The notes below the pieces were generated by a model, which made no database searches, had not been told where the DNA came from, and worked only from the letters and a program-made list of their open reading frames with translations. Made by a program: the position numbers and the translations under genes. From the IMG/VR virus record IMGVR_UViG_3300027749_000039, positions 32,001 to 96,000 of that record: a stretch of 64,000 nucleotides of DNA; one strand, written 5' to 3'. Below are positions 27,760-38,766 of this stretch, piece after piece (positions within the stretch are counted from its first letter, which is position 1; every line of letters begins with the position of its first letter). This DNA comes from a virus.

Positions 27760-30700
27760 ATGTATATATACAACACTGATACCAGAATGTGGGTTAAACA
27801 AACCGATACTTTAAGTAAGGATAATTATGATAATCTTAAACAAGATTTATCTAAAATGCAACTTTATTCAAGAGCTTTAAGCGGCGCTACTTATTTACAC
27901 ATAAGTAATACTGATGACGTTTATGACTCTTTAAAATATAAAGATAATACTACATGGTTTTATAGTCCGGCTTCTTCTGTTTATAACACTATGACTGGTC
28001 TTCCGACTAGTGGTAATTCTATTGATCCTTCAACTTTAAATACTTTTGAAGATTATTCTTATGAATATGGATTTACTTTAAATAATTTCTTTACTCCTAC
28101 CAAAGCAATTGATAACACAAATTCTATTATTGTAAATGTCGCAACTACAACAGCTATTGATTTAAATTCAACAACATTTAGTGTAATTGATGGAATCAAA
28201 TTATTAGAAGGTAATTTAGTTTTAGTTAAAGATCAAATATCAACTGTTGATTTAGGTTTCTCTGTTGACCCGGATACATATTTTTCTGGTAATTATTATC
28301 TAATTAATAATAACATAGCTGATATGACATATCAGTATTATAATAAAGATAATGGTGTTTATATATTTACTGACAGAACATTAGTAAAAATGACAATGGC
28401 TACATATAGCTTAACTAGTGATTTAAATGTTTATGTAAATATAGGTAATGTAAATCAAGATAAACAATTTTCTTTATCAAGATTATTAAATAATTATTAT
28501 CCAGTAGAAGGACAACCATTTGAGTTTAAAGAAAGTCATAATTATTTATTAAGAAATCAAGTTGATTATCATAATTTATATGAAAATAATTATTTAGATG
28601 TATTAAAACACGGTATTCAATACTTAACTATTGAAGGATATACATATACTATTCCAGAAAGATTGTTATATATAGGTGATTTTGGTGTCATTTTAAATCT
28701 ACAATCTTTAACATATTCACAATATGTATTTAACCAATACAAAGAAAATTTAAAATCTATAACACAAACATCTGCTTATTATTGGTTATGTGGTAATAAT
28801 GGAACAATTCTAAAAATGTCAAAATTAGATTTCACTATTACTAAAATAGATTTAGGTGAAGAATACCATAATTTAACATCTATTTCATTTTTAGATGATA
28901 TTAATGGTATAGTAGTTGGTAAATATAATACAATCTATCATACTTTTGATGGTGGTTATACATGGAAAAAAGTATCAATTGGTGAACAAAATTACTCTTA
29001 TAATAAAGTTATATTTTATAATTATAATTTAATTTATATTGGAGGCGAAAATGGTATATTCTGTGAATTAACTTATTCATATTTAACTGGATATTCGCCT
29101 AATTTTATTAATTTGGTTAAAAATTTAACCTTAACAGATACATATGATTTAATTGAGGATATTAATGATATGTATTATACACATTTTGATACTTACGAAA
29201 CAGGATGGGGTTTAACATACTCTACTCAAGTGGATTTAATGGCTGGAAATGGTATAACATATTCTATGGATTGTCTATTTATAGTAACAAATAATAGTAA
29301 CATACTATGTTATGAGATTAATCATTTTGTAACTGAGCATGGTGTTTTGTATTTATCATTTAGTCAATCAATAGGTGATTTAACTTGTATAACTAGACAA
29401 CGTGGTACTAATAATATGATTGTGTCTGGTGATAACATAATTGAGTTTGATATAAATACGTTTAAATATTTATCAACAACTTCTAATTTAATATCAGGTA
29501 CTTCTTATTCAATAATATCATCTGATTATAGTAATCGTTTATTTGATTATAATGGACAAGATTTATATAATGTTGGTAACTTTGCTTTAATAAATGATTA
29601 TAATTATGCTTCAGCTAGTTATACACCTATTATAACTGAAACAATAGTTCCAAAAATGTTATTTATGGAATATGATATAGCTGATAAGTTAAACTTTTTT
29701 GATTCTAATTATGATTATAGGTTACCAAATTCTGTAACATTTAGTTCAGGTTTATCTAATTTAAATATCAATAGCATTAGCTCAACATGGTTAGATTACT
29801 TAATAGATTCATATAAAACATATGGTGTAAATAGTGATACTTCTACTGGTAATCCAATTTTATTAAATACTAATTTTATAAACGGAACATCATCACTCAC
29901 ATTTAGTAGTTCTCAAATTACTACTACTCTAAGTAGTATTACTGGATTATATCCAAATGTTGCTAGTTCAACAGCTTCGAGATATAAGAATTTTACACCA
30001 GTAGTGACTTCTAGTTCTTATAGTATATTCATGTATGGGTATATTAGTATATTTAAGTTACCATCTACTTTTTGTAATGTAGGTGATATATTACAAATTT
30101 CTTGTCAGAGTGTTAAAGCAAATGTTATGATTAACTACGTCTTTTCGGGTTATTATTATGCGTTTAATGACTTCAATCAGTCGATTCTAAACGCTATAAA
30201 GAGCAGTAGCACACTTACTATTACTAACTTAAATAAGTTCGAAAATTCGTCTGTATTGCTGTCTAATTTTGAAGCACATCCTATATCTAATGGCTATAAT
30301 TTAACTTATGATAGCAATATTTACACTATTGCGCCAAGATTTAATAATTATACTGCTTATAAGTCATTAGAAACCGATATAAATAGCGTATATGGTTCTA
30401 TTGCTTATACATCAAGTATGATATATGCTAATACATATAATCTATTTGGATATACTCCAAAGTATAGTTTATTAAATTATTTATCATCTATAAATAGTGG
30501 ATTTACTGCAAGTAAAAAATTCTTTACTATGCCAGAATATAGCAATCTTCCTTGTAATCATGCGGGTAGTTTTACTTCAAGTAATATCTACTACGATTCA
30601 AATCAACCTATGGTTGGAACTGCAAGTTATCCTAAAAATAAATTATTATTTGGTAATGATTTAAAATTTGAATATGAATCATTATGGATTAATACATTTG

Positions 30701-32754
30701 TTGATTTAACTTTACATACTGATATGGGTATTTTCACTAAAACAAGAGCTTTAATAACTGATAAGTATTATGATTCTAGTTTTAATGGATGGGCATTAAT
30801 TTTTAGCGATAATATAATTAAAACTGATGATGGTATAACACATTATGGTATTTCATTAAATACCATAGATATAATTTCAAGAAATACATTAGATAAAATT
30901 TCCGAAGATTTAGAAATATTTAATAATTTAAATAAACCATTAGTATCTAAAAAATACAATTCGGGTTTATATTATATGAATATTTATGATAATCCAATTA
31001 AAACTAAATTAAACACAGATTCTTATACTAAAATATTATTATCCGATGGTGATATTAAGAAATATATAAGTTCAATTATTTATACTAATTCAGGTAATAT
31101 ACTTACATTAAATGTATTAAACATTGCTAAAACCGAAGTTTTAAATATAAATAATACATTTAATGTAAGTAGTAAATTAGCATTAAATACAGTCGGATTG
31201 GACTCAATAAATGGAACACTATTAGGATATATTAATTTTACTGGTGGAACTGGTTCATCACAACAATTAAATCCAAGTTATAATGGTATAAATTCTATTA
31301 CTAAATTAGATAATTATGATGTATTAGTTAATACATCTTATTTGAATATACCTTCTGCATTAGATACTGGAACATTAACAGTTAATATATTTGATCCATT
31401 TTTTAACTATCAGCCAGTTAATCTTTTAGATGTGGGAGATGACGCAATGTATAAAATACCTACTATATTAAATAATTCTAATTTATATTCGTTAGGATTA
31501 ACAAATAGTTTAGTTAATTTGAATACAGATAAACCCGCTTTTAGATTAGTTGATGGTTTAGATATAGATACATTAGCAGCTAATTATCACTGGATTTTAG
31601 AAGCTGAAATATCAGATGCGATAATTGGATTAGATACAAATGGAATAGTTTGGTATAAAGGTATATGGCATTATGGTCGTTGGTTTGGCGGAACTTGGTA
31701 TTCAGGAACTTGGATTACCGGAGATTGGTATAAAGGTAATTGGCATTCAATGGAAATAACTGATAATGTTACTAGTGTTAGCGTAGGCAATTCATCTTAC
31801 GATAATTACAATTCCATATGGTATAATGGACGTTGGTATGATGGTAAATGGGAATCTGGTACATGGCTTAACGGTCGTTGGTATGGTGGAACTTGGACTA
31901 CTGGTTTATGGTATAATGGCGTTTGGAATGACGGAACATGGATGTCTGGTTTATTCTCTGGTGGTGTCTGGGTAAGAGGTAATTGGAAATCAGGAACTTT
32001 TAATTCATTTAACAAACCTGCTTATTGGTTAAATGGTTCATTTTATAATGGAGATTTTCAAAATGGTATGTGGTATAATGGTATTTTTGGTTTAGACTAT
32101 AATATTGTAAATAAATTTGGCTCATTGGCTTCAAATAGTCGTAATGCTATATGGCAAGGAGGTGTTTGGGCTTCGGGTAATTTCTATTCTTATGAAAATA
32201 TAATTGGAGGAACGGTAAGTCCTTCAACAATTCATAAATATTCAACTTGGAAAACAGGCAATTGGAATACAGGTAATTTCTATGGTGGTATAGTATATAA
32301 TACTAATTTTAATAGCGGAAATTGGTATTCAGGCATAAATAAAGACATAGAAGTAATTGGTGTAGATTTATCTACAAATCAATTAACATTAAACGGTATA
32401 TTTAGATTTAATATAGGGGATTATGTTAATGTATTAAGTGATGGAACAACAACTCCTTATTACAATATAGGAAATTATAATAATCCAGGTAGATATAGTG
32501 TTGCTTTAACTGAATATGATTATACAAAAAAATGGACTTATTTAACTTTGAATTATAACTTAGGTAGTCTTAGTATAACTGGAACATATTCAGCAACTGC
32601 AAGCACAAATATAGATACTGGTTTAAGATTAGTAAGTAAATTTACAGCTATACCTTGGTATGGTGGTATATGGGAAAATGGTATTTATGAAAGTGGAACT
32701 TTTTATGGTGGTATGTGGTATAGGGGAGTTTTTGATGGTGTATGGGGAGTTTAA
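27760..32754 (+). CDS. Large virion structural protein with BNR/Ycf48-like propeller segment and C-terminal Trp-Gly repeats
   Basis: IDGIKLLEGNLVLVKDQ tail-type motif, HTFDGGYTW, many W-x-x-G-x-W repeats. Confidence 0.65.
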   Translation: MYIYNTDTRMWVKQTDTLSKDNYDNLKQDLSKMQLYSRALSGATYLHISNTDDVYDSLKYKDNTTWFYSPASSVYNTMTGLPTSGNSIDPSTLNTFEDYSYEYGFTLNNFFTPTKAIDNTNSIIVNVATTTAIDLNSTTFSVIDGIKLLEGNLVLVKDQISTVDLGFSVDPDTYFSGNYYLINNNIADMTYQYYNKDNGVYIFTDRTLVKMTMATYSLTSDLNVYVNIGNVNQDKQFSLSRLLNNYYPVEGQPFEFKESHNYLLRNQVDYHNLYENNYLDVLKHGIQYLTIEGYTYTIPERLLYIGDFGVILNLQSLTYSQYVFNQYKENLKSITQTSAYYWLCGNNGTILKMSKLDFTITKIDLGEEYHNLTSISFLDDINGIVVGKYNTIYHTFDGGYTWKKVSIGEQNYSYNKVIFYNYNLIYIGGENGIFCELTYSYLTGYSPNFINLVKNLTLTDTYDLIEDINDMYYTHFDTYETGWGLTYSTQVDLMAGNGITYSMDCLFIVTNNSNILCYEINHFVTEHGVLYLSFSQSIGDLTCITRQRGTNNMIVSGDNIIEFDINTFKYLSTTSNLISGTSYSIISSDYSNRLFDYNGQDLYNVGNFALINDYNYASASYTPIITETIVPKMLFMEYDIADKLNFFDSNYDYRLPNSVTFSSGLSNLNINSISSTWLDYLIDSYKTYGVNSDTSTGNPILLNTNFINGTSSLTFSSSQITTTLSSITGLYPNVASSTASRYKNFTPVVTSSSYSIFMYGYISIFKLPSTFCNVGDILQISCQSVKANVMINYVFSGYYYAFNDFNQSILNAIKSSSTLTITNLNKFENSSVLLSNFEAHPISNGYNLTYDSNIYTIAPRFNNYTAYKSLETDINSVYGSIAYTSSMIYANTYNLFGYTPKYSLLNYLSSINSGFTASKKFFTMPEYSNLPCNHAGSFTSSNIYYDSNQPMVGTASYPKNKLLFGNDLKFEYESLWINTFVDLTLHTDMGIFTKTRALITDKYYDSSFNGWALIFSDNIIKTDDGITHYGISLNTIDIISRNTLDKISEDLEIFNNLNKPLVSKKYNSGLYYMNIYDNPIKTKLNTDSYTKILLSDGDIKKYISSIIYTNSGNILTLNVLNIAKTEVLNINNTFNVSSKLALNTVGLDSINGTLLGYINFTGGTGSSQQLNPSYNGINSITKLDNYDVLVNTSYLNIPSALDTGTLTVNIFDPFFNYQPVNLLDVGDDAMYKIPTILNNSNLYSLGLTNSLVNLNTDKPAFRLVDGLDIDTLAANYHWILEAEISDAIIGLDTNGIVWYKGIWHYGRWFGGTWYSGTWITGDWYKGNWHSMEITDNVTSVSVGNSSYDNYNSIWYNGRWYDGKWESGTWLNGRWYGGTWTTGLWYNGVWNDGTWMSGLFSGGVWVRGNWKSGTFNSFNKPAYWLNGSFYNGDFQNGMWYNGIFGLDYNIVNKFGSLASNSRNAIWQGGVWASGNFYSYENIIGGTVSPSTIHKYSTWKTGNWNTGNFYGGIVYNTNFNSGNWYSGINKDIEVIGVDLSTNQLTLNGIFRFNIGDYVNVLSDGTTTPYYNIGNYNNPGRYSVALTEYDYTKKWTYLTLNYNLGSLSITGTYSATASTNIDTGLRLVSKFTAIPWYGGIWENGIYESGTFYGGMWYRGVFDGVWGV

Positions 32755-32777
32755 TTTTAAATAATAATATATAGTAT

Positions 32778-33143
32778 ATGAGAAAGTTTACAATCTATTT
32801 AAAAGAGGCTGAAGAAGCAAAAATTGATTCAAATCTTAAAGATGAATTAACAGAAATGATTAAAAAGTCATTAAATACTTCCGATAACAAAACCATTGAA
32901 GATTTTATTTCTGCTTACAAAAAAGATTCAGAAAGAAACCAAATAGAAGGATTGATAAATGATGCTGATGTATATGATTTTTACCTTAAATATATGGACG
33001 AAATAGATAATATCTTATCTGATAATAATTATTATGATGAATCACCAAGAGAATTAAATGTATTTAGTTTATACAAATATGTGGTTATAGGCACAAAAAA
33101 AGCTGTTGATTATATAATCAACAGCTTTGGAGGTGCAGAATAA
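32778..33143 (+). CDS. Hypothetical protein
   Basis: MRKFTIYLKE N-terminus, late motif upstream. Confidence 0.6.
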   Translation: MRKFTIYLKEAEEAKIDSNLKDELTEMIKKSLNTSDNKTIEDFISAYKKDSERNQIEGLINDADVYDFYLKYMDEIDNILSDNNYYDESPRELNVFSLYKYVVIGTKKAVDYIINSFGGAE

Positions 33144-33146
33144 TTT

Positions 33147-34235
33147 CTAACAGATTTTAAAACCTATTGTTGATCTTTTATTTATAACCTCTGCATTTTT
33201 GATAATATCAGCATTATAAATATCACCCAAAGTAGTTTCACCTTTCTTATACTCTTTACCAAGTTTCTCAGCTAATTTAGTTGCTTTTTCTTCTTCTAAA
33301 GCTTTAAACTCATAAGAAGATAGTAATCTACCTTTTCTTAGTAAGGCAACATCAACATTGTCTAATTTTGTATTAAACGTGCATACTATTTGGCATTTTG
33401 CTGATTGACCTATTAATCCATCACTTAAATTAAGTAAAGACGCAATTGGTGAGTTGGTATTTAATTCACGACTAGTGATAATTTTTTCAGCATCTTCTAT
33501 AATAAATATAGAATTAGTATTATCAAGAATTAATTTTAAGAATTGTGGAGAATCCATCATTGGTGCTATTGAATTAGGCACATATATTATATTTTTACTT
33601 ACTAAGTTTGTTAGTGTAGAAATATAAGAAGTTTTACCTGTTCCTGGTATACCATAAAATAGATGTATACCAGATTTTTTAGCATTTAATTCTTTAACAA
33701 TTTTTTCATGATTTTCAGCCAGATCGTCATTGTAATTTTCTTCAGAAAATTCGTATCTTTCTAATGGAATATAAGTGATACCTAACCCGTTTTGTGTTTG
33801 AACAATAACACCAATGCATTTAGCATTCGGCTCTTTTTTGAGTTTAAACGTTTTAATTTTTTCCAATAATTCCGCTGGATATACATTACCATAATTTAGC
33901 GAAAGTCCAGTAGAATCAGCATAACCATTTTCTATCCAAGTTCTTATCATTAAGTCTTCAAAAAAGAAATATTTAGATAATACATTACCCTCATGCGTAA
34001 ATACTTTAGCATCTGGGTATGTATCTATCAAATATTGGTTTATTGATTTTAAATCAAAATAGTCGGTAAATATATGTTTACCTTCTTCGTTTTTTAGTTT
34101 AATTACTTCGACATTACACATATTGCCATAATAATGATAATACATCTCATAGAGATTTTGTGTTGAGTTTTGTGAGCCCTCTAAAGTTATTGAGCCATTT
34201 ATGTTTGCGTTTGCAGGGTTTCTTCTATCTATCAT
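33147..34235 (-). CDS. AAA+ ATPase
   Basis: GIPGTGKT, FIIEDAE, LLNLSDG, ALLRKGRL. Confidence 0.9.
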   Translation of the reverse strand: MIDRRNPANANINGSITLEGSQNSTQNLYEMYYHYYGNMCNVEVIKLKNEEGKHIFTDYFDLKSINQYLIDTYPDAKVFTHEGNVLSKYFFFEDLMIRTWIENGYADSTGLSLNYGNVYPAELLEKIKTFKLKKEPNAKCIGVIVQTQNGLGITYIPLERYEFSEENYNDDLAENHEKIVKELNAKKSGIHLFYGIPGTGKTSYISTLTNLVSKNIIYVPNSIAPMMDSPQFLKLILDNTNSIFIIEDAEKIITSRELNTNSPIASLLNLSDGLIGQSAKCQIVCTFNTKLDNVDVALLRKGRLLSSYEFKALEEEKATKLAEKLGKEYKKGETTLGDIYNADIIKNAEVINKRSTIGFKIC

Positions 34236-34240
34236 AATTA

Positions 34241-34516
34241 TTATTTAAATGTTATTTTTGTACTTCCAAATCCATATAATGGATTATATTCGTTAATGCA
34301 ACTGCCAACGTGTGGATGTTGTTTTGCTATTTTATGAATAGCAGCTTTTAATACACCCGAACCTATTCCGTGTATTACGGTTATTTCAATTTCTCCTAAT
34401 GCAAGCGCCTTATCTAGTTCATATTCAAACATATCTAATTGTATTTGAAGTGAAAAGCGTGGATCATATCCGGGAGAATTAGTAATCTCAGGAGATAAAT
34501 GCAAATCTACTACCAT
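34241..34516 (-). CDS. Stand-alone Smr domain protein
   Basis: VDLH...ITVIHGIGSGVLK...GFGST. Confidence 0.85.
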   Translation of the reverse strand: MVVDLHLSPEITNSPGYDPRFSLQIQLDMFEYELDKALALGEIEITVIHGIGSGVLKAAIHKIAKQHPHVGSCINEYNPLYGFGSTKITFK

Positions 34517-35196
34517 TTCTTTTTTACGCTGTAGCCAGCTTTATTAAGCTTAGTTCGCATTTCTTCTTTTTCTTCTGGTGTAAAATTAACTTTTACCGGA
34601 AATTCCTTACTATTAGAATCAAAGAAAGTTATTTCATAATCTTCAAATGAACACTCTATACCATAGTCATCTGGTTGATATGGATGCTCCGCACCAATAC
34701 CTTTGCCTTTTTGTACATAAAAATTGGCATCTTCATCGTCTTCTTTTGAATCGTCGGTATTCATAACTTCGTATTCATCTTCGTCCTCATCCTCATCTTC
34801 TTCGTAATCTTCGTTGTCCTCATCGTCTTTTGAATCATCGTCCTCATCTTCTTCGTCATAGTTATCATCGTCCTCATCTTCTTCGTCATAGTTATCATCG
34901 TCCTCATCTTCTTCGTCCTCATCTTCTTCGTCATCGTCCCAACTATCTCCGAAAAAATCTTTATAACCGGGAACATTTTTAAATGTATCCATACCACCCA
35001 TTCCACCAACATCAAATGCTCTACAACACATCTCTAAACATTTAATGAAGTCCTCAAATGACTCATTATTTTTATCAATATATACGATATCTTCGTCATC
35101 ACCGTCAGCATCACCAATCATATAGTTTATATGAACTTTATAGCAGTTCTTATATACTGGTTGTTCTATTTCTTTTTTACCAATTTTTATTTCCAT
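34510..35196 (-). CDS. Hypothetical protein with a long Asp/Glu tract
   Basis: About 70 residues almost entirely D/E. Confidence 0.7.
   Translation of the reverse strand: MEIKIGKKEIEQPVYKNCYKVHINYMIGDADGDDEDIVYIDKNNESFEDFIKCLEMCCRAFDVGGMGGMDTFKNVPGYKDFFGDSWDDDEEDEDEEDEDDDNYDEEDEDDDNYDEEDEDDDSKDDEDNEDYEEDEDEDEDEYEVMNTDDSKEDDEDANFYVQKGKGIGAEHPYQPDDYGIECSFEDYEITFFDSNSKEFPVKVNFTPEEKEEMRTKLNKAGYSVKKKW
34835..34918. repeat. 30-bp tandem repeat encoding acidic decapeptide DDDNYDEEDE
   Basis: tcatcgtcctcatcttcttcgtcatagtta at 34835 and 34865, partial at 34895. Confidence 0.85.
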
Positions 35197-35200
35197 AATT

Positions 35201-36754
35201 TTAGTTATTTACTTCTTCGTTATTTACTTTATATTGTTTAATTAAATCGCTATACGTTTTTACAATACCATCATTTGTTCTTACACAAATCATAGAAGCA
35301 CCTATTTTCTTTACATCATCTACACCCATAGCACCCATTAATTCTCTTACCTCATGAACTATGTTTTCATGGAAATTAAATACTCTTACACGTTTTTCTT
35401 CTGGGTCAAGTCCTCTTACTAACTTTTTATCTTGTGTAGCTATACCTACTGGGCAAGTATTGTTATTACATTCTCTCGCTTGAATACAACCAAGTGACAT
35501 CATAAATGCTCTTGCGGCATTTACGCCATCTGCACCAAGTGCTAATAGCTTTATTATATCAAAGGAAGTTGTTGCTTTACCAGAAGCGATTACTCTTATA
35601 TCCTTTCTTAGGTTGTATTTAATTAAAACCCGATTAACTTGAATAAGTGCGTCTATAAGTGGAGTTCCAACATAGTTGGTAAATACTAACGGTGCAGCAC
35701 CAGTTCCACCTTCACCACCATCTAATGTTATAAAATCAGGGTAGCAGTCTATCTCTTTCATTTTAGAAACTAATTCATCAAATTGTTCTATATCACCCAA
35801 GCATAATTTTATACCAATAGGTTTACCGCCTGACATGCATCTTAATTTATAGATGAATTGTATCATTTCAACATTATTGCTAAAAGCTGTATGATAAGGT
35901 GGACTCATTACATCGGTTCCAGGAGTTGTATTTCTTATTTTAGATATTTCAGCCGTATTTTTAGCTGCTGGTAATATACCACCGTGTCCAGGTTTGGCAC
36001 CTTGTGATAGCTTTATTTCTATCATCTTAACTTGTGGACGAATAGCATTCTTTTCAAAAATAGCATCATTAAAATAACGCTTACCGTCTTTATCAATTCC
36101 AGAGCCAAAGTATCCTGTTCCTATTTGGAAGCATATATCACCACCATATTCTAAATGGTAGGGAGATAAGCCACCTTCACCGGTATTATGATAGAAATTA
36201 CCCAATTTAGCACCACCATTTAGAGCTTTTACAGCAGCTTCGGATAGTGCACCAAATGACATTGCTGATATATTGTATATTGAGGCGCAATAAGGTTTAG
36301 AGCAGAATTTTGAACCAATTAGAAATCTTGGTTCTTTAATTGAATTGTAATCAATTGGATAGAGATTATGTTTGAGAAACTCATAACCTTTTTCATAGAC
36401 GTTTAATTGTGTACCAAATGGTACGGTGTTTGGATCTTTTTTAGATTTTTGATAAATATCGGAACGTCTTTCCCTATTAATTGGTGTTCCATTTATATTA
36501 TCTTCAATAGCGTATTGTTGTATTTTTGACCTTTCATTTTCAAAAACCCATCTGAGCCTACCAATAATTGGATAATTTCTTAAAATAGAGTGATGAGTTT
36601 GAAATACATCATGTATATAAACTATTAATCCTATACTTAGTATAGCAGTTGTTATATAAGACAGCTCTGTATGTTTAAAATAAAGGTATGTAATTGAAGA
36701 AGCTAATAATACTAATAAATAGATGAGTATTCTTTGTCTCGTTAAGTGGCTCAT
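35201..36754 (-). CDS. FMN-binding glutamate synthase family protein
   Basis: ISAMSFGAL, NTGEGG, EIKLSQGAKPGHGG, DGGEGGTGA, GCIQARECNNNTCPVGIATQD. Confidence 0.93.
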   Translation of the reverse strand: MSHLTRQRILIYLLVLLASSITYLYFKHTELSYITTAILSIGLIVYIHDVFQTHHSILRNYPIIGRLRWVFENERSKIQQYAIEDNINGTPINRERRSDIYQKSKKDPNTVPFGTQLNVYEKGYEFLKHNLYPIDYNSIKEPRFLIGSKFCSKPYCASIYNISAMSFGALSEAAVKALNGGAKLGNFYHNTGEGGLSPYHLEYGGDICFQIGTGYFGSGIDKDGKRYFNDAIFEKNAIRPQVKMIEIKLSQGAKPGHGGILPAAKNTAEISKIRNTTPGTDVMSPPYHTAFSNNVEMIQFIYKLRCMSGGKPIGIKLCLGDIEQFDELVSKMKEIDCYPDFITLDGGEGGTGAAPLVFTNYVGTPLIDALIQVNRVLIKYNLRKDIRVIASGKATTSFDIIKLLALGADGVNAARAFMMSLGCIQARECNNNTCPVGIATQDKKLVRGLDPEEKRVRVFNFHENIVHEVRELMGAMGVDDVKKIGASMICVRTNDGIVKTYSDLIKQYKVNNEEVNN

Positions 36755-36957
36755 GATTTTCTTTTTAAAAGGTAAAAAAGATGAATTGTAATAATAGCAA
36801 CATTTGTAAATACAATAGGCATGTCATTTTTTAATGCAGCGTATGTAATCCATAATGCACATGCTATACAACTTGTTATCCTTAACTTAAAGATACTCTT
36901 AAAAGTAAAGGATAACAAGGTTATTATAGTGGCGACATATCCTAATATATCAATCAT
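36751..36957 (-). CDS. Small membrane protein (YgjV-like)
   Basis: Three TM segments, GYVAT...LLSF...LR pattern. Confidence 0.55.
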   Translation of the reverse strand: MIDILGYVATIITLLSFTFKSIFKLRITSCIACALWITYAALKNDMPIVFTNVAIITIHLFYLLKRKS

Positions 36958-37283
36958 TTAAATAATTTCATTTTGTAAAAACTATCAATATAGGCTTCTT
37001 CGGTTTCTATATTTAGAAGATTTGGATTTATGACTGAGTCACGTTTGTTATAAAAATCATAATAACCAGATTTTGTTCTTTTAGTCATTTTATTAACAGT
37101 ATTTTCATCCACTTCTTCATCTAAGATAGATAAGTAGTTGTCATAATCCAAAAGTTCATAAAACTTAGTTATTCCCAACTTTAACTTTTCGATGAACTTT
37201 TCATTTCCTTCCTTTACAAGGAAAGTTGTCCAAGTTTCACCTTCATTACCGCAGTATTCTTCTATCTCGATATATGTTTTCAT
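36954..37283 (-). CDS. Hypothetical protein
   Basis: 109-aa ORF in operon. Confidence 0.6.
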   Translation of the reverse strand: MKTYIEIEEYCGNEGETWTTFLVKEGNEKFIEKLKLGITKFYELLDYDNYLSILDEEVDENTVNKMTKRTKSGYYDFYNKRDSVINPNLLNIETEEAYIDSFYKMKLFK

Positions 37284-37744
37284 TATGCCAACATTTTTTT
37301 AGCGATATCTGAAATTGTTTTACCATCTGCTTTACCGATAAGCTTCTTTGAAACTAAGCCTATTACTTTACCCATTTCACGGATAGAAGTTGCACCAGTT
37401 TCGTTAATAGCTGATTTAACTTCAGCTTCGATTTCGGCTTCAGACATTTGTTTAGGTAAAAACTTTTCGATAACAGAAATCTCGAATATTTCTTTATCAG
37501 CCAATTCTTTTCTATTATTTTCATTAAAGATAGTTGCAGATTCTTGACGTTGTTTAACCATCCTCTGCAATTCTTTCATTCTAACATCTTCGGTAATTTC
37601 TTTACCAGAAGTATTTAATGTTAAAAATGCTGCTTTAATACCTCTTAAAGCACCTAATGTTTCTGCGTCTTTTGACTTCATGGCTTCCTTCATGGATTCC
37701 ATTACTTGTGTTTCTAAACTCATATAATTTGTTTTATTTACCAA
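37283..37744 (-). CDS. yqeY: GatB/YqeY domain protein
   Basis: MKEAMKSKD, KQRQESA, EKFLPKQMS, MGKVIG, ADGK. Confidence 0.9.
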   Translation of the reverse strand: MVNKTNYMSLETQVMESMKEAMKSKDAETLGALRGIKAAFLTLNTSGKEITEDVRMKELQRMVKQRQESATIFNENNRKELADKEIFEISVIEKFLPKQMSEAEIEAEVKSAINETGATSIREMGKVIGLVSKKLIGKADGKTISDIAKKMLA

Positions 37745-38289
37745 TTAATAATTGCTACTCTAGTAGAGGTGCCAGTTCTTGAACCTTCACGAAGTTCAGT
37801 TTTAACTGATAATCCTTTGTTTTTTAACTCTTGAACTAATTCTTTACTTACATTATGTTCCGACCGAGAAGTAAATCCATCTTCTTTATCAATTTCAATT
37901 ACTTCTAATATCCTTTCTACTTCAGAATCAATTCTAGCTTTTTCTTTTACAAGACCCTCTTCCGATAGAGAAAGTGTTATATATTCATCCATTCTTATTC
38001 TACCTAGTCTATCACCTTTTTCTCCGTCATTAATTACTTCTTGACGACCTTTTACTTCTAAAATGTTTTCATCATCATTTACATGAAGCTTGTAGGTAAT
38101 TACATACTCTGGATGCCAACCATCACTTAAGTTCCTAGTAGCGCCGCCATTTGCAGCAATAGCCGCTATAATAGATTCGAATGGAACTTCGGCTCCTCTT
38201 GTGCAGCCTTCATACCAACCAACATACTCTTCTTTAAATAAATCGAATAAACCAGCTTTTTTAAGCTCTGTTATATTTTGAATTTTCAT
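37738..38289 (-). CDS. Hypothetical protein
   Basis: 183-aa ORF. Confidence 0.6.
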   Translation of the reverse strand: MKIQNITELKKAGLFDLFKEEYVGWYEGCTRGAEVPFESIIAAIAANGGATRNLSDGWHPEYVITYKLHVNDDENILEVKGRQEVINDGEKGDRLGRIRMDEYITLSLSEEGLVKEKARIDSEVERILEVIEIDKEDGFTSRSEHNVSKELVQELKNKGLSVKTELREGSRTGTSTRVAIINW

Positions 38290-38322
38290 TGATTTAATTT
38301 TAGTAAAGATACAAAATTATTT

Positions 38323-38766
38323 TTAGATAGCAAAATTTGTTTCTAAAAGTTGTGTTAAAGTTAAAAATCTATGAAATGATTTTTCTTTTATTTGTTCTAT
38401 GTTTAGAAAACCAGCCCAATCTACTTCTTCTATTTGAAGTTGTTCTATTGGAACAATTTCGGATGCTAAGCCAATTTCAGATAAATCATTTATTTTAACT
38501 AAATAAAGATAAACTATTTTATGTATATCTTTTTTCTTATTATAATAAATAACCTCGATTGGAGTTTCTGTATTTAAAATCATTTTTTCGGTGATAGTAA
38601 TACCTACTTCTTCTTTGGTTTCACGAATAGCAGCTTCTATAAGCTTTTCACCTTCATCAACCCCGCCTTTTGCTGGACTATATGTTCCAACCCAAGAGCC
38701 GTTAGTTGGGTGGCAGAAAAGTATTTTATTTTTATAAATTATACAAGTTCCAGCGGATATTTTCAT
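38323..38766 (-). CDS. Nudix hydrolase
   Basis: KGGVDEGEKLIEAAIRETKEEVG; start moved to MKISAG. Confidence 0.9.
   Translation of the reverse strand: MKISAGTCIIYKNKILFCHPTNGSWVGTYSPAKGGVDEGEKLIEAAIRETKEEVGITITEKMILNTETPIEVIYYNKKKDIHKIVYLYLVKINDLSEIGLASEIVPIEQLQIEEVDWAGFLNIEQIKEKSFHRFLTLTQLLETNFAI

Noticed and set aside
33147-34512. Programmed readthrough at the TAG ends of the AAA ATPase and the acidic protein
   Set aside because: The AAA extension is a short antisense run into the convergent gene, and the acidic protein's TAG overlaps the Smr start in another frame; no sign of a continued domain
34835-34918. Possible CRISPR array
   Set aside because: Spacerless 30-bp coding repeat in an acidic tract
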